Shown: positions 16,367 to 28,035, counted from the first letter of the stretch. The stretch is 28,540 bases of DNA from Pseudomonadota bacterium (GCA_031416315.1 JANOTL010000055.1:1-28540); one strand, 5' to 3'. The notes: generated by a model from the letters alone, not told the origin. Program-made: numbers and translations.

Positions 16367-17476
16367 CTACTTGCCTTTCCCGAGGAAGGTCTTGATCGCA
16401 TCGATGATGGCGTCGCGGTCCTTGACCTGAGCCAGGGTGATTTTTGGGTTCTGCTCGCCGAAGTGCTTCTGCAGGTCGCGCAGGAACTGGCCGGAGCCGT
16501 AGCGCGACTCGACCTGGCCGTAGCAGAAGAGGTTAGAGACAGGGAGCAGGGTGCCGTCGAGGAGCTTCATGCACTCGGCGGTGTCGTTGCCCGACCAGTT
16601 GTCGCCGTCGGAGAAGTGGAAGAGGTAGATGTTCCACTCGTTCGCCGGGTAGTGATCCTCGATCAGCTTGATCGCCAGGCGGTAGGCGGAGCTGATCAAG
16701 GTGCCGCCGGACTCTTTGGTCCGATAGAAGGTGTTCTGGTCGACCTCGCGCGCCGTCGCATCGTGGATGATGTAGCGGCGGTCGAGGCCGGCGTATTGGG
16801 TCGAGAGCCAGGTGTCGAGCCAGAAGCTCGTGAGGCGCACGATTTCCTTCTGCTCGTCGCCCATCGAGCCGGAGACGTCCATCATGTAGATGATGGCGGC
16901 GTTGGCGACCGGCTGGTGGATGACGCGGTAGCTGCGGTAGCGCTTGTCTTCCTTGATGGGCACGATCATCGGGTTCTCGGGGTCGTAGGTCCCGAGGGAG
17001 ACCGCGCGCTTCAGGGCCTCGCGGTAGGTGCGCTTGAAGTGCTTCAAGCTCTCCGGGCCCTGCTTCAGGATGCCGGTGTACTTGTACTGCTTGTCGTCGA
17101 TGTTCTTTTTGCCCTTGTTCTCGATGTTCGGGAGCGCGAGCTCCTCACCGAGAATGGCCGCCAGCTCCTCTAGCGAGACGTCGACCTCGAGCGTGTGCTG
17201 GCCTTCGCCCTCGCCCGCCTTGCCCTCGCCCGGCTCCGGCTGGCCTTGACCCATGGGGTCGCCGACGTCGCCTTCGCCCTGCCCGACGCCGCCCTGCTGG
17301 CCGTTGCCGAATTGGAAATGCGGGATATCGATGCGCGGCAGGGGGATCGTGACGCTCTTCTTCCCCTGACGACCGATGAGGTCGCCAGAGGAGATGAAGC
17401 GGCGAAGCTCCTTCTTGATCTTGCCTCGGACAATTTTCCGGAATCGGTTTAGGTCCGATTCCATGCGCATCGGCAT
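16367..17476 (-). CDS. yeaH: YeaH/YhbH (DUF444) family vWA-like protein
   Basis: Gly-rich GVGQGEG linker, [45 protein letters not shown]. Confidence 0.93.
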   Translation of the reverse strand: MPMRMESDLNRFRKIVRGKIKKELRRFISSGDLIGRQGKKSVTIPLPRIDIPHFQFGNGQQGGVGQGEGDVGDPMGQGQPEPGEGKAGEGEGQHTLEVDVSLEELAAILGEELALPNIENKGKKNIDDKQYKYTGILKQGPESLKHFKRTYREALKRAVSLGTYDPENPMIVPIKEDKRYRSYRVIHQPVANAAIIYMMDVSGSMGDEQKEIVRLTSFWLDTWLSTQYAGLDRRYIIHDATAREVDQNTFYRTKESGGTLISSAYRLAIKLIEDHYPANEWNIYLFHFSDGDNWSGNDTAECMKLLDGTLLPVSNLFCYGQVESRYGSGQFLRDLQKHFGEQNPKITLAQVKDRDAIIDAIKTFLGKGK

Positions 17477-17496
17477 CGTGGGCCTTTCGGAGCTGC

Positions 17497-19569
<2,073 letters not shown>

Positions 19570-19904
19570 TCGAACTCAACTCCTTTAGTCGTCAACTGGT
19601 CCGTTCGGTCCAGGAAGTGTCTTTGGCGGTACGTTCAGTACAGATATTAGAGTAAGGCATGGGAACGGGGTGGTCAAAGCAGCCTCCCGCGCCGTGTTTG
19701 GGGGGAAGTGAGCCGTATGAGTCGAGTTCGCACGAGCTCCGCGCCGTGCGTCGAGCGGCCGAAGCGCTCTTGATGAGCTCGGCTCGTGGGTCGTTCTCAC
19801 GCAAGCGAGCGCGCTTGGTACTTTGAAAAGTGACGGCTCGAAAGGTGCGGCCCTTCCGGTTTTCACGATCCGAGCGTCTGCATTCATGGCGACGAAGTCA
19901 GTCA

Positions 19905-19920
19905 GTGCTTACGTAAGCAC
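19905..19920. promoter_or_regulatory. Perfect 16-bp palindrome, candidate transcription factor site upstream of prkA
   Basis: GTGCTTACGTAAGCAC is self-complementary; lies about 340 bp upstream of the prkA ATG. Confidence 0.55.
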
Positions 19921-19964
19921 CCGTGATAACTGATCGGCGCTTGCGCCTCAAGTACCTGAAACAT

Positions 19965-20003
19965 AAAAGGAAACCCCCGATCCAACGGCCTTTGCGGGGG
20001 CTT
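19965..20003 (-). terminator. Possible intrinsic terminator after the ferritin-like gene
   Basis: Minus strand AAGCCCCCG...CGGGGGTTT stem with a long loop, followed by CCTTTTAT. Confidence 0.4.
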
Positions 20004-20083
20004 GGCTGGAGCGGGGGACCGTGAAGCTGCGCGAACCGTAGGTAGGATCCGGCGCGCGCCGCTGGCGGGGCGAAGGGGGAAAC

Positions 20084-20641
20084 TCAGTGGGTCGACTTCT
20101 CGCGGGGATCGAAAGCGGCGAGCAGGTCTGCCAGCTCGTCCGCATGCTCTTCTTCTTTTTCGAGGATGTGCTCGAGGAGACGGCGCGTCGTCGCGTCTTC
20201 GTCTCCGACGTAGCGCACCATGCGTGAATACGTGTCGATGGCGACACGCTCGGCGTAGAGGTTCTCCTTGATCATCTCCGCCAAGGAGTCGGCTTCCTTG
20301 TACTCGGAGTGTGCCCGCTTCTGCAGGGTCGCCGGGTCGAGGGAGGGCGTTCCGCCGAGCATCTTGATCCGGTTCGCGAGCGCCATCGCATGGCGACGCT
20401 CCTCCTCGGCGTGCTCGCCAAAGTGGCTGGCGACCGTCTCGGCGTGAATGCCTTCCGCGACGATCTGGTGCTGCGTGTAGCGCAGCACGCAAATCCACTC
20501 GGTCGCCAGGGCCGAGGAGAGGAGCTCGATGACCTTGGCCTTGTCCGCCTTGTAATTCTCGGTGACCGCGCCATCGCCCATCTGTTGACGAGCGAGCTTG
20601 CGGATCTCTTCAAGGTCCATGACGAATTCGGTGGTGGCCAT
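20084..20641 (-). CDS. Ferritin-like protein (bacterioferritin/DpsL-like)
   Basis: Di-iron ligand pattern ATEW..RY, EERRHA, ENLYAE, EEEHADEL; RIKMLGG. Confidence 0.9.
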   Translation of the reverse strand: MATTEFVMDLEEIRKLARQQMGDGAVTENYKADKAKVIELLSSALATEWICVLRYTQHQIVAEGIHAETVASHFGEHAEEERRHAMALANRIKMLGGTPSLDPATLQKRAHSEYKEADSLAEMIKENLYAERVAIDTYSRMVRYVGDEDATTRRLLEHILEKEEEHADELADLLAAFDPREKSTH

Positions 20642-20658
20642 CGGCTGCCTCGGGATTG

Positions 20659-20862
20659 CTAGTGCAAAGTTTTCGTGAACTCTTCGACTTCGCGGCGCGC
20701 TCGCTCGACGTTGTAGCCGTAACGCTTCTGTAGCGCGCCGACGAGCTGTTCCTGGTCGCCCTGGATCGCGACCCAGTCGTCGGGCGTGAGCTCCGACCAG
20801 TGGGCAAGGATCTTGGGCTTCATCTCTTCCCAGTGGGATTCGATCGCGTCCCAGGTCTTCAT
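20659..20862 (-). CDS. CsbD/YjbJ family general stress protein
   Basis: WSELTPDD..I.GD.EQLVG.LQKRYG pattern, 67 aa. Confidence 0.9.
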   Translation of the reverse strand: MKTWDAIESHWEEMKPKILAHWSELTPDDWVAIQGDQEQLVGALQKRYGYNVERARREVEEFTKTLH

Positions 20863-20873
20863 ACGTGCTCGCT

Positions 20874-21482
20874 TTAGTGGGAAGCGTAGACCGATGCGTC
20901 TCGACGCATCACGACCACGACTTTGCCGGCGCCACCGTCACGAGTGAGGAGGCGGCCCAGGCTTTCGTAGAAGGAGTCGTCCGCGGTGACGCTCCCGACC
21001 TTGTCGTGCGCTTCATTCTTGATCTGCGCGTCGTTGGTGACGAACGTCTTCTCGAACCAGTTGGCCTTCTCGGCCATGTTGTAAATGGTGATATTCTTGG
21101 CGCCGAGGCCCTCGAGCTTGGATTTCGTGGCGTCGCCGCGCTTTTTCGCCAGGGTTTGGTCGGCGGAGGCGAGGCTGTCCTTCTGGTCGCGCGGATACGG
21201 CTTGTCGGCGTAGGAGATCACGAGGATCTCCTTGATGCCGGCGTCGTCCTTCACCGCGTCCATCGTCGCGCGCAGCTCGCGAACGTCGTTGTCCGTCAGG
21301 GTCGTCGAGCCCTTGTTGAAGCCGATCGTGGCGCTGTCTTTGTCGGCGATGTCGTAGACGGTGCGCTTGACCGCTTCGACGGCATTTTTCGCTTTGCCGG
21401 TGACGGTATCTTCGGCGAGCGCAATCGGCGCCAGCGTGAAAGTTCCGAGCAGTGCTGCGCTGATGAGGTTGCTACGTTTCAT
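20874..21482 (-). CDS. Secreted protein with a divergent OmpA-C-like domain
   Basis: Signal MKRSNLISAALLGTFTLAPIALA; FNKGSTTL, ILVISYAD and LAKKRGDATK parallel the OmpA-C motifs; AGGAG supports ATG 21482. Confidence 0.75.
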   Translation of the reverse strand: MKRSNLISAALLGTFTLAPIALAEDTVTGKAKNAVEAVKRTVYDIADKDSATIGFNKGSTTLTDNDVRELRATMDAVKDDAGIKEILVISYADKPYPRDQKDSLASADQTLAKKRGDATKSKLEGLGAKNITIYNMAEKANWFEKTFVTNDAQIKNEAHDKVGSVTADDSFYESLGRLLTRDGGAGKVVVVMRRDASVYASH

Positions 21483-21529
21483 GCGGTTTCTCCTAAACAC
21501 ATTGCGAGATCGGGTGACGCCGACCTCAA

Positions 21530-21545
21530 AGCAAGGCTCGTGCCG
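21530..21545 (-). promoter_or_regulatory. Sigma-54 -24/-12 promoter
   Basis: Minus strand CGGCAC-GAGCC-TTGCT, near consensus TGGCAC-N5-TTGCW, 47 nt before the ATG. Confidence 0.8.
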
Positions 21546-21563
21546 CGGCAAGAATCGCACAGC

Positions 21564-21576
21564 AATCGAGGACTTA
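21564..21576. promoter_or_regulatory. Possible IHF site
   Basis: AATCGA-GGAC-TTA, one mismatch to WATCAR-N4-TTR, just upstream of the sigma-54 promoter. Confidence 0.4.
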
Positions 21577-21646
21577 CGGTGTCTGGGAGTCGCGGAACCG
21601 AGACGCTTCGGAGGGAATCTGAGACAGGTCCTCGCTCTTCACGGCT

Positions 21647-22763
21647 TCAGCGCCCGGGTTTCCGCGACTGCGCCAGAAACTCGTTGATGAAGGGCTCAAC
21701 CATGCCGTCGAGCACCCCCTGCGTGTCCGAGGTCTCGAAGTCGGTGCGATGGTCCTTCACCAGCTGATACGGATGCAGAACGTAACTGCGGATCTGGCTG
21801 CCGAAGGAGATGTCGCTCTTCGTGGCCTCGAGCTTGTCGGCTGTGACGCGACGAGCTTCCATCTCGCGCTCGTAGAGGGCGCTGCGGAGGAGCTGCATCG
21901 CCTTGTCCCGGTTCTGGTGCTGCGAGCGCTGCGTTTGGCAGGCAACGACGACGCCTGTCGGCATGTGCGTGATGCGCACGGCGGATTCGGTCTTGTTGAC
22001 GTGCTGACCGCCCGAGCCGGAGGCGCGATAAGTGTCGGTTTTGAGGTCGGCCGGGTTGATGTCGATGACGACGTTGTCGTCCACGACCGGCGTGACGAAG
22101 ATCGAGGCGAAGCTCGTGTGGCGGCGCGCGTTCGAGTCGTAAGGGCTGATGCGCACGAGACGGTGGACGCCCGATTCGGCTTTGAGGAGGCCGTAGGCGT
22201 AGGGGCCGGAGACGCCGAAGGAGACGTTCTTGATGCCGGCTTCCTCGCCCTCGACGAACTCGTAGATCTCCGCGGGCCAGCCCTTACGCTCGGCATAGCG
22301 CAGATACATGCGATAGAGCATCGACGCCCAGTCCTGCGACTCGGTGCCGCCGGCTCCGGAGTTGATGGTGACGACGGCGTCGTTGGTGTCGAGATCGCCG
22401 GAAAGGAGCGCCTGCACCTCGAGCGCTTTCAGCTCGACGCGCATCCACTTCAGGACTGTTTCCGCCTCGACGAGGTAATCTTCGTCGCCCTCCGCGGCGA
22501 GCTCTAGCGCGGCCGTGAGGTCGTCCCAGGTCGACTGCAGCTTGGTGGCACGATCGAGCGCGTTCTCGAGGACTTTCTTTTCTTTCAGGACCGGTGCCGA
22601 GGCTTCCGGGTTTTCCCAGAACTTGGGGTCGGAGGCGACCTTGTCCTCGATGCGTTTCAGCTTTTCCGACTTGGCAGGGATGTCAAAGGAACCCCCATAC
22701 GCGGTCGAAATTCTCCCGCGTTAGTCTGGCTTCGTTGGCGAGCTGCGCATGGTCCAGGGCCAT
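21647..22763 (-). CDS. prfB: Peptide chain release factor 2, with programmed +1 frameshift (about 371 aa)
   Basis: 26-codon leader MALDHAQLANEARLTRENFDRVWGFL (22763-22686), then CTT TGA C; +1 frame continues DIPAKSEKL... into GGTESQDW, SPYD, RRHTSF, GGQHVN, GSQIRSYV. Confidence 0.97.
22682..22697 (-). other. RF2 frameshift cassette
   Basis: TGGGGG TTC CTT TGA C: internal Shine-Dalgarno-like element, 3-nt spacer, slippery CTT-TGA-C. Confidence 0.95.
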
Positions 22764-22822
22764 CGGCTTGGTCCTTTGCTGAGGGCTTTCAGAGGGTTGA
22801 AACCATACCTGATCGGGGCGAT

Positions 22823-22850
22823 TCACGCAGCGGCAAGTTTTCGCCGAGAG
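22823..22850 (+). promoter_or_regulatory. Possible sigma-28-type promoter ahead of lipoprotein-flbD-motA-motB
   Basis: TCAC-N16-GCCGAGAG, ATG 6 nt later; weak -35 and spacing off by one; overlaps a GAGGAG RBS. Confidence 0.3.
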
Positions 22851-22856
22851 GAGAGA

Positions 22857-23864
22857 ATGCGCAACTCCCTATTTATCATGACGATACTCTGCTCCGTCGC
22901 CTGCGGTTCCAGCGGCAGCGATGCGAAAAAGGCCACGGCTCCGGAGACCGGTTCCGACGAGACGATCGTCGACGCCGCGGCATCGGCCGACGTGACGGGA
23001 AGCTACCTCGTTGCCTGCGGCGAGACGTCCGAGGCGCCCACGACGTTCGCGACCGAAGGTTTTAAGACCTACGGGTGCGCGCTCGTCGACAAGAACAATC
23101 AGAAGGTCTCGGGCGAGATCTCGGATTTTCAGGTGAGCGTCACCTACTCTGGCGGCGAGCCGGTGGCGCCAGAGTCGATTCCGGCGACCGGAAGCGCGAA
23201 GTGGCTGGTCTTCGTGCGCGTGCCGGTGGAGAAGGTGGCGACGGTCTCGACGTTCTCGGGCAAAGCCGTCGTTGCCGGAGCGTCAGTCACCATAGCGAGC
23301 GCGCCGAAGGGCGCCTACGCGCCGGAGCCTGCGGTCGTGGCCGCGCCGCCCGCAGCGGCGCCGACGGGCGCGCCGATCCGGATGTTCGTGACGCCCGGAA
23401 ACTATCCCCGCGCCACCGATTCGGCCAGGTTTCTGGAAGAGGCGGCAACGGCCTGCCAATCAGAGGCGACGAAGGGGGCGATCGCGCCGACCGCAGGGCG
23501 CGCGTGGACGGCATTCATCGCGACGCCGACGCAGGGGCCGCGGGACCGTCTCGTGCTCGATGGCCCCCTCGTGAACCTCAAGGGCGAGTCGCTCGGATCT
23601 TCGGACTCGTTGTGGAACGGCACGTTCGACGAAACGAAGGTGACGTTCTCGAGCGGCGCGGCCGCGGTCCAGGTGTCGTTCTGGTCGGGCGCGACCGGTA
23701 CCGGGGCGCTCGGCGCGACCTGCGAAGGCTGGGCCGCGACCGCCGCCCCCGCGAACTTTGCACTCGGCCGCATCCATTCGGCCCATTCGACGGTCTGGCT
23801 CGAGTTCCTGGTAAAGGTCTGTGACGGGGACACCCAAGCCGCCTTCCTTTGCATCGAGCAGTAA
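22857..23864 (+). CDS. Lipoprotein with C-terminal DUF1554/endostatin-like (C-type lectin fold) domain
   Basis: MRNSLFIMTILCSVAC lipobox; Ala/Pro linker; RMFVT...AATACQ...WTAFI...FWSG...TCEGW...C...FLCIEQ; GAGGAG supports ATG 22857. Confidence 0.75.
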   Translation: MRNSLFIMTILCSVACGSSGSDAKKATAPETGSDETIVDAAASADVTGSYLVACGETSEAPTTFATEGFKTYGCALVDKNNQKVSGEISDFQVSVTYSGGEPVAPESIPATGSAKWLVFVRVPVEKVATVSTFSGKAVVAGASVTIASAPKGAYAPEPAVVAAPPAAAPTGAPIRMFVTPGNYPRATDSARFLEEAATACQSEATKGAIAPTAGRAWTAFIATPTQGPRDRLVLDGPLVNLKGESLGSSDSLWNGTFDETKVTFSSGAAAVQVSFWSGATGTGALGATCEGWAATAAPANFALGRIHSAHSTVWLEFLVKVCDGDTQAAFLCIEQ

Positions 23865-23878
23865 GCTACGCTCAGGTC

Positions 23879-24100
23879 ATGATCTCCCTGACCCGCTTGG
23901 ACAATACGACGCTTCTTGTGAACCTCGAGGTGGTGAAATACGTGGAGTCCACGCCGGACACGCTGATCACCTTCATCAACGGGGACACCCTGATCGTCCG
24001 TGAGCCGCTGGAAGAGTTTCAGCGGCGCGTGCTAGACTACAGAGTAAGCACCCTGAAAAAGCTGCGTCTCGAGCCCCTCGCCTCTCCCGTCCCGACCTGA
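23879..24100 (+). CDS. flbD: Flagellar FlbD family protein
   Basis: MISLTRLD...LVN...KYVESTPDTLITFING..LIVRE; directly before motA. Confidence 0.9.
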   Translation: MISLTRLDNTTLLVNLEVVKYVESTPDTLITFINGDTLIVREPLEEFQRRVLDYRVSTLKKLRLEPLASPVPT

Positions 24101-24147
24101 CCCCCAATTCCCGCATCCCAATTTACTTCGCGCGGAGCCCATCCCGA

Positions 24148-24906
24148 ATGGACTTAACGAGCATTATCGGCCCGATCCTCGCTATCGGCTCGATCCTCCT
24201 GGGCCTCTTCCTCGAGGGCGGGCACATGAGCTCGATCGTCGCGCCGACCGGCGCCTTGATCGTGTTCGGCGGCGCGTTCGGCGCCATTTTGGTCGCGTAT
24301 CCGATGCCGGACGTGATCTACGCCCTCAAGGCGATCAACATCTTCATGAAGAATCCACCCTCCAATCCGGACTCGATCCTGGCCGACATCGTCGACCTGG
24401 CGCAGACGGCGCGAAAGGAATCGATCCTGGCCCTGGAAAAGAAGCGCGACAGCATCAAATTCGCCCCGCTCGCGACCGCCATCCGTCTCGCCGTCGACGG
24501 CACCGACCCCAACATCATCCGGGACACCCTGGAGACCGAGGCGCATCTCACCTTCGAGGAGGCCGAGGTCGGCGTGAAGTTCTGGGAAGACATGGGCGCC
24601 ATCGCGCCGACGATCGGGATCTTGGGCGCCGTGCTCGGTCTGATCCACGTCATGGAGAACTTGGACAAGCCCGACCTGATCGGCCCCGGCATCGCCATCG
24701 CCTTCTGCGCGACGCTCTACGGGGTCGGCGCCGCCAACATCTTCTTCATCCCCATCGGCAAGAAGATCAAGCGCAAAGCCGTGCTCGAGGGGCATGCGCG
24801 CCTGATGGTGCAGATCGGCGTCGAAGGCATCCTTTCCGGACTGAACCCAAAGGTCATCGAAGAGAAGCTGTCGGTGTTCTGTCACGGGAAGAAAGCCGAA
24901 GGGTAA
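24148..24906 (+). CDS. motA: Flagellar motor stator protein MotA
   Basis: EGGH, ALIVFGG, ARKESILALE, LAVDGTD, APTIGILGAVLGLI, IAFCATLYGV. Confidence 0.95.
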   Translation: MDLTSIIGPILAIGSILLGLFLEGGHMSSIVAPTGALIVFGGAFGAILVAYPMPDVIYALKAINIFMKNPPSNPDSILADIVDLAQTARKESILALEKKRDSIKFAPLATAIRLAVDGTDPNIIRDTLETEAHLTFEEAEVGVKFWEDMGAIAPTIGILGAVLGLIHVMENLDKPDLIGPGIAIAFCATLYGVGAANIFFIPIGKKIKRKAVLEGHARLMVQIGVEGILSGLNPKVIEEKLSVFCHGKKAEG

Positions 24907-24909
24907 GCG

Positions 24910-25728
24910 GTGGGGATCAAGCAAAAGTGCCCCGAATTCGAGAACCACGAGCGCTGGCTGGTCAGCTACGCCGACATGGTCACGTTGCTCTTCGCCGTCT
25001 TCGTCGTCCTCTACGCGATCCAGATCGCGAGCCATAAGAACGAGGAGAAGAAGCTCGCGGGCTCGATGCAGGAAGCGTTCAACACGCCCTTGCCCGACAT
25101 CCCGGTCGACCGCCGCATCGGCCCGGTCGAGCAAGGCTTCGGCATCTTCGACCACTTCAAGGGGCAGTCGATCCGCCCCTCCCTGATCCAGAAGTACCCG
25201 TCGAACACGCAAAAAGTGAAGATCATCGACGACGAGATGAACGCGATCAAGACGAAGCTCGAAGAGCGCCTCTACGGGCCGAACAAGTTCCGGGAAGAGA
25301 CGAAGCCGGGACAGGAGCGCATCATCAACGTGCAGCGCACGAGCAAGGGCTTCAAGCTGCAACTTCTGGCGCGCCACTTCTTCGAGGCCGGCAGCGTCGT
25401 CGTCGCGCGCGGCGCGATGAAGGAGCTCGACGTGGTGACCGAGATGCTGAAGGAGCTCGGCCGCCCGGTCACCGTCGAAGGGCACACCGACTCCCTCCCG
25501 GCGAAGGGCGAGCGCACCAATTGGGAGATCTCCGGGATGCGCTCCGCCAACGTCCTGCGCTACATGATCTCGAAGCACAATTATCCGTCGACGATGCTGG
25601 CGATGGCCGGATACGCCGACACGCGCCCGATCGCGAGCAACGGCACCGAGTCGGGGCGCAACTTGAACCGGCGCATCGAGATCCACATCGACTACGACCA
25701 GGAAACGGGCGGCACGCCTCCGGAGTAA
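24910..25728 (+). CDS. motB: Flagellar motor stator protein MotB
   Basis: ERWLVSYADMVTLLFAVFVVLY TM segment with the conserved Asp; OmpA-like VEGHTD, NWEIS..RS, GYADTRP, NRRIEI. Confidence 0.95.
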   Translation: MGIKQKCPEFENHERWLVSYADMVTLLFAVFVVLYAIQIASHKNEEKKLAGSMQEAFNTPLPDIPVDRRIGPVEQGFGIFDHFKGQSIRPSLIQKYPSNTQKVKIIDDEMNAIKTKLEERLYGPNKFREETKPGQERIINVQRTSKGFKLQLLARHFFEAGSVVVARGAMKELDVVTEMLKELGRPVTVEGHTDSLPAKGERTNWEISGMRSANVLRYMISKHNYPSTMLAMAGYADTRPIASNGTESGRNLNRRIEIHIDYDQETGGTPPE

Positions 25729-25731
25729 GCG

Positions 25732-28017
25732 ATGCGCGCCGGGCGGATCAGCCTTCTTGCCGTTTTGGCGACGGGTGTTTCCGGCGCCGGTAAGACCCCA
25801 CGCCCCCTGCACGAAAAATCCTTCGCCGAGATCCTGAAGAGCTACACCTTCGTCGGCGACTTCGAGATGAAGGATCCGGAGCGCCCGATCTCCGACGAGC
25901 TCTTCTGGCGCTACCCCTACCCGCTCCCGAAGGTCGAGTTTCCGCTCATCCCCGGTCTGCAGGACGCCAAGATCGAGATGCCCGCGACCAAGGGCGAAGG
26001 CCGCGCCATCGACCACCTGAACCGAGGCCGCATCCTCTACCTCGAGGGGAAGAGGGAAGAGGCGAAAGCGACTTGGCTCTCGGCGCGCGCGCGCTACGGC
26101 AAGGAATTTCCCTTACACCGGCGCAACGACTACTTCATCGGCCAGGTCTTCATGGGACTGGCGGACGCCGACATGAAAGCGCGGGGCGTGCCGTTCGCGG
26201 ATGCCGCGGTGAAATCGGCTTACGGCAACGCCGCGACCTTCCTGAGCTGGGCTTTCATCGTCAAAGAGGATCAGCCGGATCCCCTGGTCGATCTCATGGC
26301 GCCGAAGGGCCTCTACAACCTCGCCGCGATCTACTGGAAGTATGACCGCTACGCCGGCGCGTTCGGCGCGGCCGAGAAAGCGCTCAACTTCCTGCGCCGG
26401 ACCGGACGTCGCGAGCTGCGCCCGCAGTTCCGCCGCTTCGCCGCCGAGGCCTACATCAAGAACCGGACTTATCTCGAGGCGGTGCAGGAGCTCGATGCCG
26501 CGATTCGCCAGGATCCGGACCCGAAGGAAGCGGCGGCGAGCTTCGCGCGCGTCGGTGACATCTACTTCGACCTCAACAACTACGAGCTCGCCGAAGACTC
26601 GTACGCTTTGGGCGCTAAGATCGACGAAGACGAGCGGCGGATCAATCCGGCACAGCTCGTCCTGCGCGGCGAGTCGCTTTTTTGGCTCGGGAAGTTCTCC
26701 GAGGCGCAGAAGATGTTGCATTTCGCGCTGGAAGGCGGGCTTTACCGCGACGCGTCGAACCCGATCCCCGACGAGATGAAAAGCTACGCCGCGCTCCGGA
26801 TCGCCGACAGCTATCTGGCGTTGAAGGACTACGAGCACGCGCGCCTGGAGTACTACAAAGTGCGCCACGCTTGGCGCAACTCCGCGGCGGGCCGCATGGC
26901 GGCGATCCGGGAGGCTTGCCTCGAGCTGCCTTACTACAAGGGCAACAACGTCAAGCACGCGCGCGAGTTGCTCGAAGGCGCGAAGGCCGGCCCCGAGATC
27001 CCGCCCTTGGCGCAGGAGCTCGCCTGGGCCTGCCAGGTGGGCTCCTACACCGATCGCGAGCGCACGCCCGACATGCTGGACCGCGTCGCGACGTTCGCAG
27101 GGTCCTACCCGGAGTCGCGGTTCTTGCGCTCGTTCACGGAGCCGGTGCGCGAGTTCCAGGCCTCGCGGATCGATGAGTATTTCACGGCAGGCGACGGCTA
27201 TCGCGCGCTGAGCTTCTTCGAGAAGAATCGCAAGCTGCTCTTTCCGAAGGTGAATTCTGAGCTGGCGAAGCGCCTCTTCGAGGCCTACGTCGACGTGCAC
27301 CGCTCGCAGCAGGCGGCCGAGTTCTGGGATGTCGCCCACAAAGAGACGGCCGACACCGACGTCCGGTCGCTGCGTGAGGCCGTGGTCGCGGCCGAGCTGG
27401 CCGGCAAGAAGGGCGCCGGCTCGATTTGGGAGAAGCGCGACAAGGCACACGCCCTCGCGCTCGCCAAACGCGAATGGAAGCTCGCGCCTTCGAAGCTCGC
27501 CGCAGAGTATGTCACGCGCATCGTCCAGTCGGAGAACGGCGACCGTCACCTTCCGTGGCTCACGAGCTTGGCCAAGGGCTGGGGAGCGAAGGAAACTGAC
27601 TACGTCTGTGATCTCGAATATCCACTGCTGTCGAAAACCTACGAATTGCGGCCGGAGGCGCGCGGCAGAGTGACGGCCCGGATCACCGAGCTGATCACGC
27701 AAACGCTTCCCGCCCTCTTCAAGCAGGACGAATCTTGTGCCTTATCCCTGCTTGAGCTGGAGGCGCGCGCTCTTAGAACGGTCCCCACCGAGCTGGCGGA
27801 CCGCTACGTGAAGCGCGCCGGTTGGCCCCTGGTCGGCGGGTTTCTCCATACGTTTTGGACGGTTTCAGAGCATCTGCACGACGACGGCGACAAAGCGTCG
27901 GCAAAGAAGATGTGGAACGTCATCAAGGACAAGGGTCCGCCCGAGTCGCCGGAGGTTCAGTTCGCCAAGGCGCGTCTGGATCCGGAGAAGACCGAGTTCG
28001 AGCGTCTCTGGGATTGA
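25732..28017 (+). CDS. Exported tetratricopeptide-repeat protein
   Basis: Signal-like N-terminus; TPR-like helices (GLYNLAAIYW, RVGDIYFDLNNYELAEDSY, RGESLFWLGKFSEA, RIADSYLALKDYEHA); 3 nt after the motB stop. Confidence 0.85.
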   Translation: MRAGRISLLAVLATGVSGAGKTPRPLHEKSFAEILKSYTFVGDFEMKDPERPISDELFWRYPYPLPKVEFPLIPGLQDAKIEMPATKGEGRAIDHLNRGRILYLEGKREEAKATWLSARARYGKEFPLHRRNDYFIGQVFMGLADADMKARGVPFADAAVKSAYGNAATFLSWAFIVKEDQPDPLVDLMAPKGLYNLAAIYWKYDRYAGAFGAAEKALNFLRRTGRRELRPQFRRFAAEAYIKNRTYLEAVQELDAAIRQDPDPKEAAASFARVGDIYFDLNNYELAEDSYALGAKIDEDERRINPAQLVLRGESLFWLGKFSEAQKMLHFALEGGLYRDASNPIPDEMKSYAALRIADSYLALKDYEHARLEYYKVRHAWRNSAAGRMAAIREACLELPYYKGNNVKHARELLEGAKAGPEIPPLAQELAWACQVGSYTDRERTPDMLDRVATFAGSYPESRFLRSFTEPVREFQASRIDEYFTAGDGYRALSFFEKNRKLLFPKVNSELAKRLFEAYVDVHRSQQAAEFWDVAHKETADTDVRSLREAVVAAELAGKKGAGSIWEKRDKAHALALAKREWKLAPSKLAAEYVTRIVQSENGDRHLPWLTSLAKGWGAKETDYVCDLEYPLLSKTYELRPEARGRVTARITELITQTLPALFKQDESCALSLLELEARALRTVPTELADRYVKRAGWPLVGGFLHTFWTVSEHLHDDGDKASAKKMWNVIKDKGPPESPEVQFAKARLDPEKTEFERLWD

Positions 28018-28035
28018 GCCCGAGCGTTGCTGGCT

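Noticed and set aside
19677..19694. Sigma-54 promoter for prkA (CGGCGCGGGAGGCTGCTT, minus strand)
   Set aside because: GG-to-GC spacing is 11 nt rather than the required 10
19820..20080. c-di-GMP riboswitch or other known ncRNA
   Set aside because: Isolated GAAA and GCAAA words only; conserved stems could not be built by eye; an Rfam scan would settle it
21647..22763. prfB as a pseudogene or sequencing error
   Set aside because: The internal stop sits in the canonical programmed frameshift context
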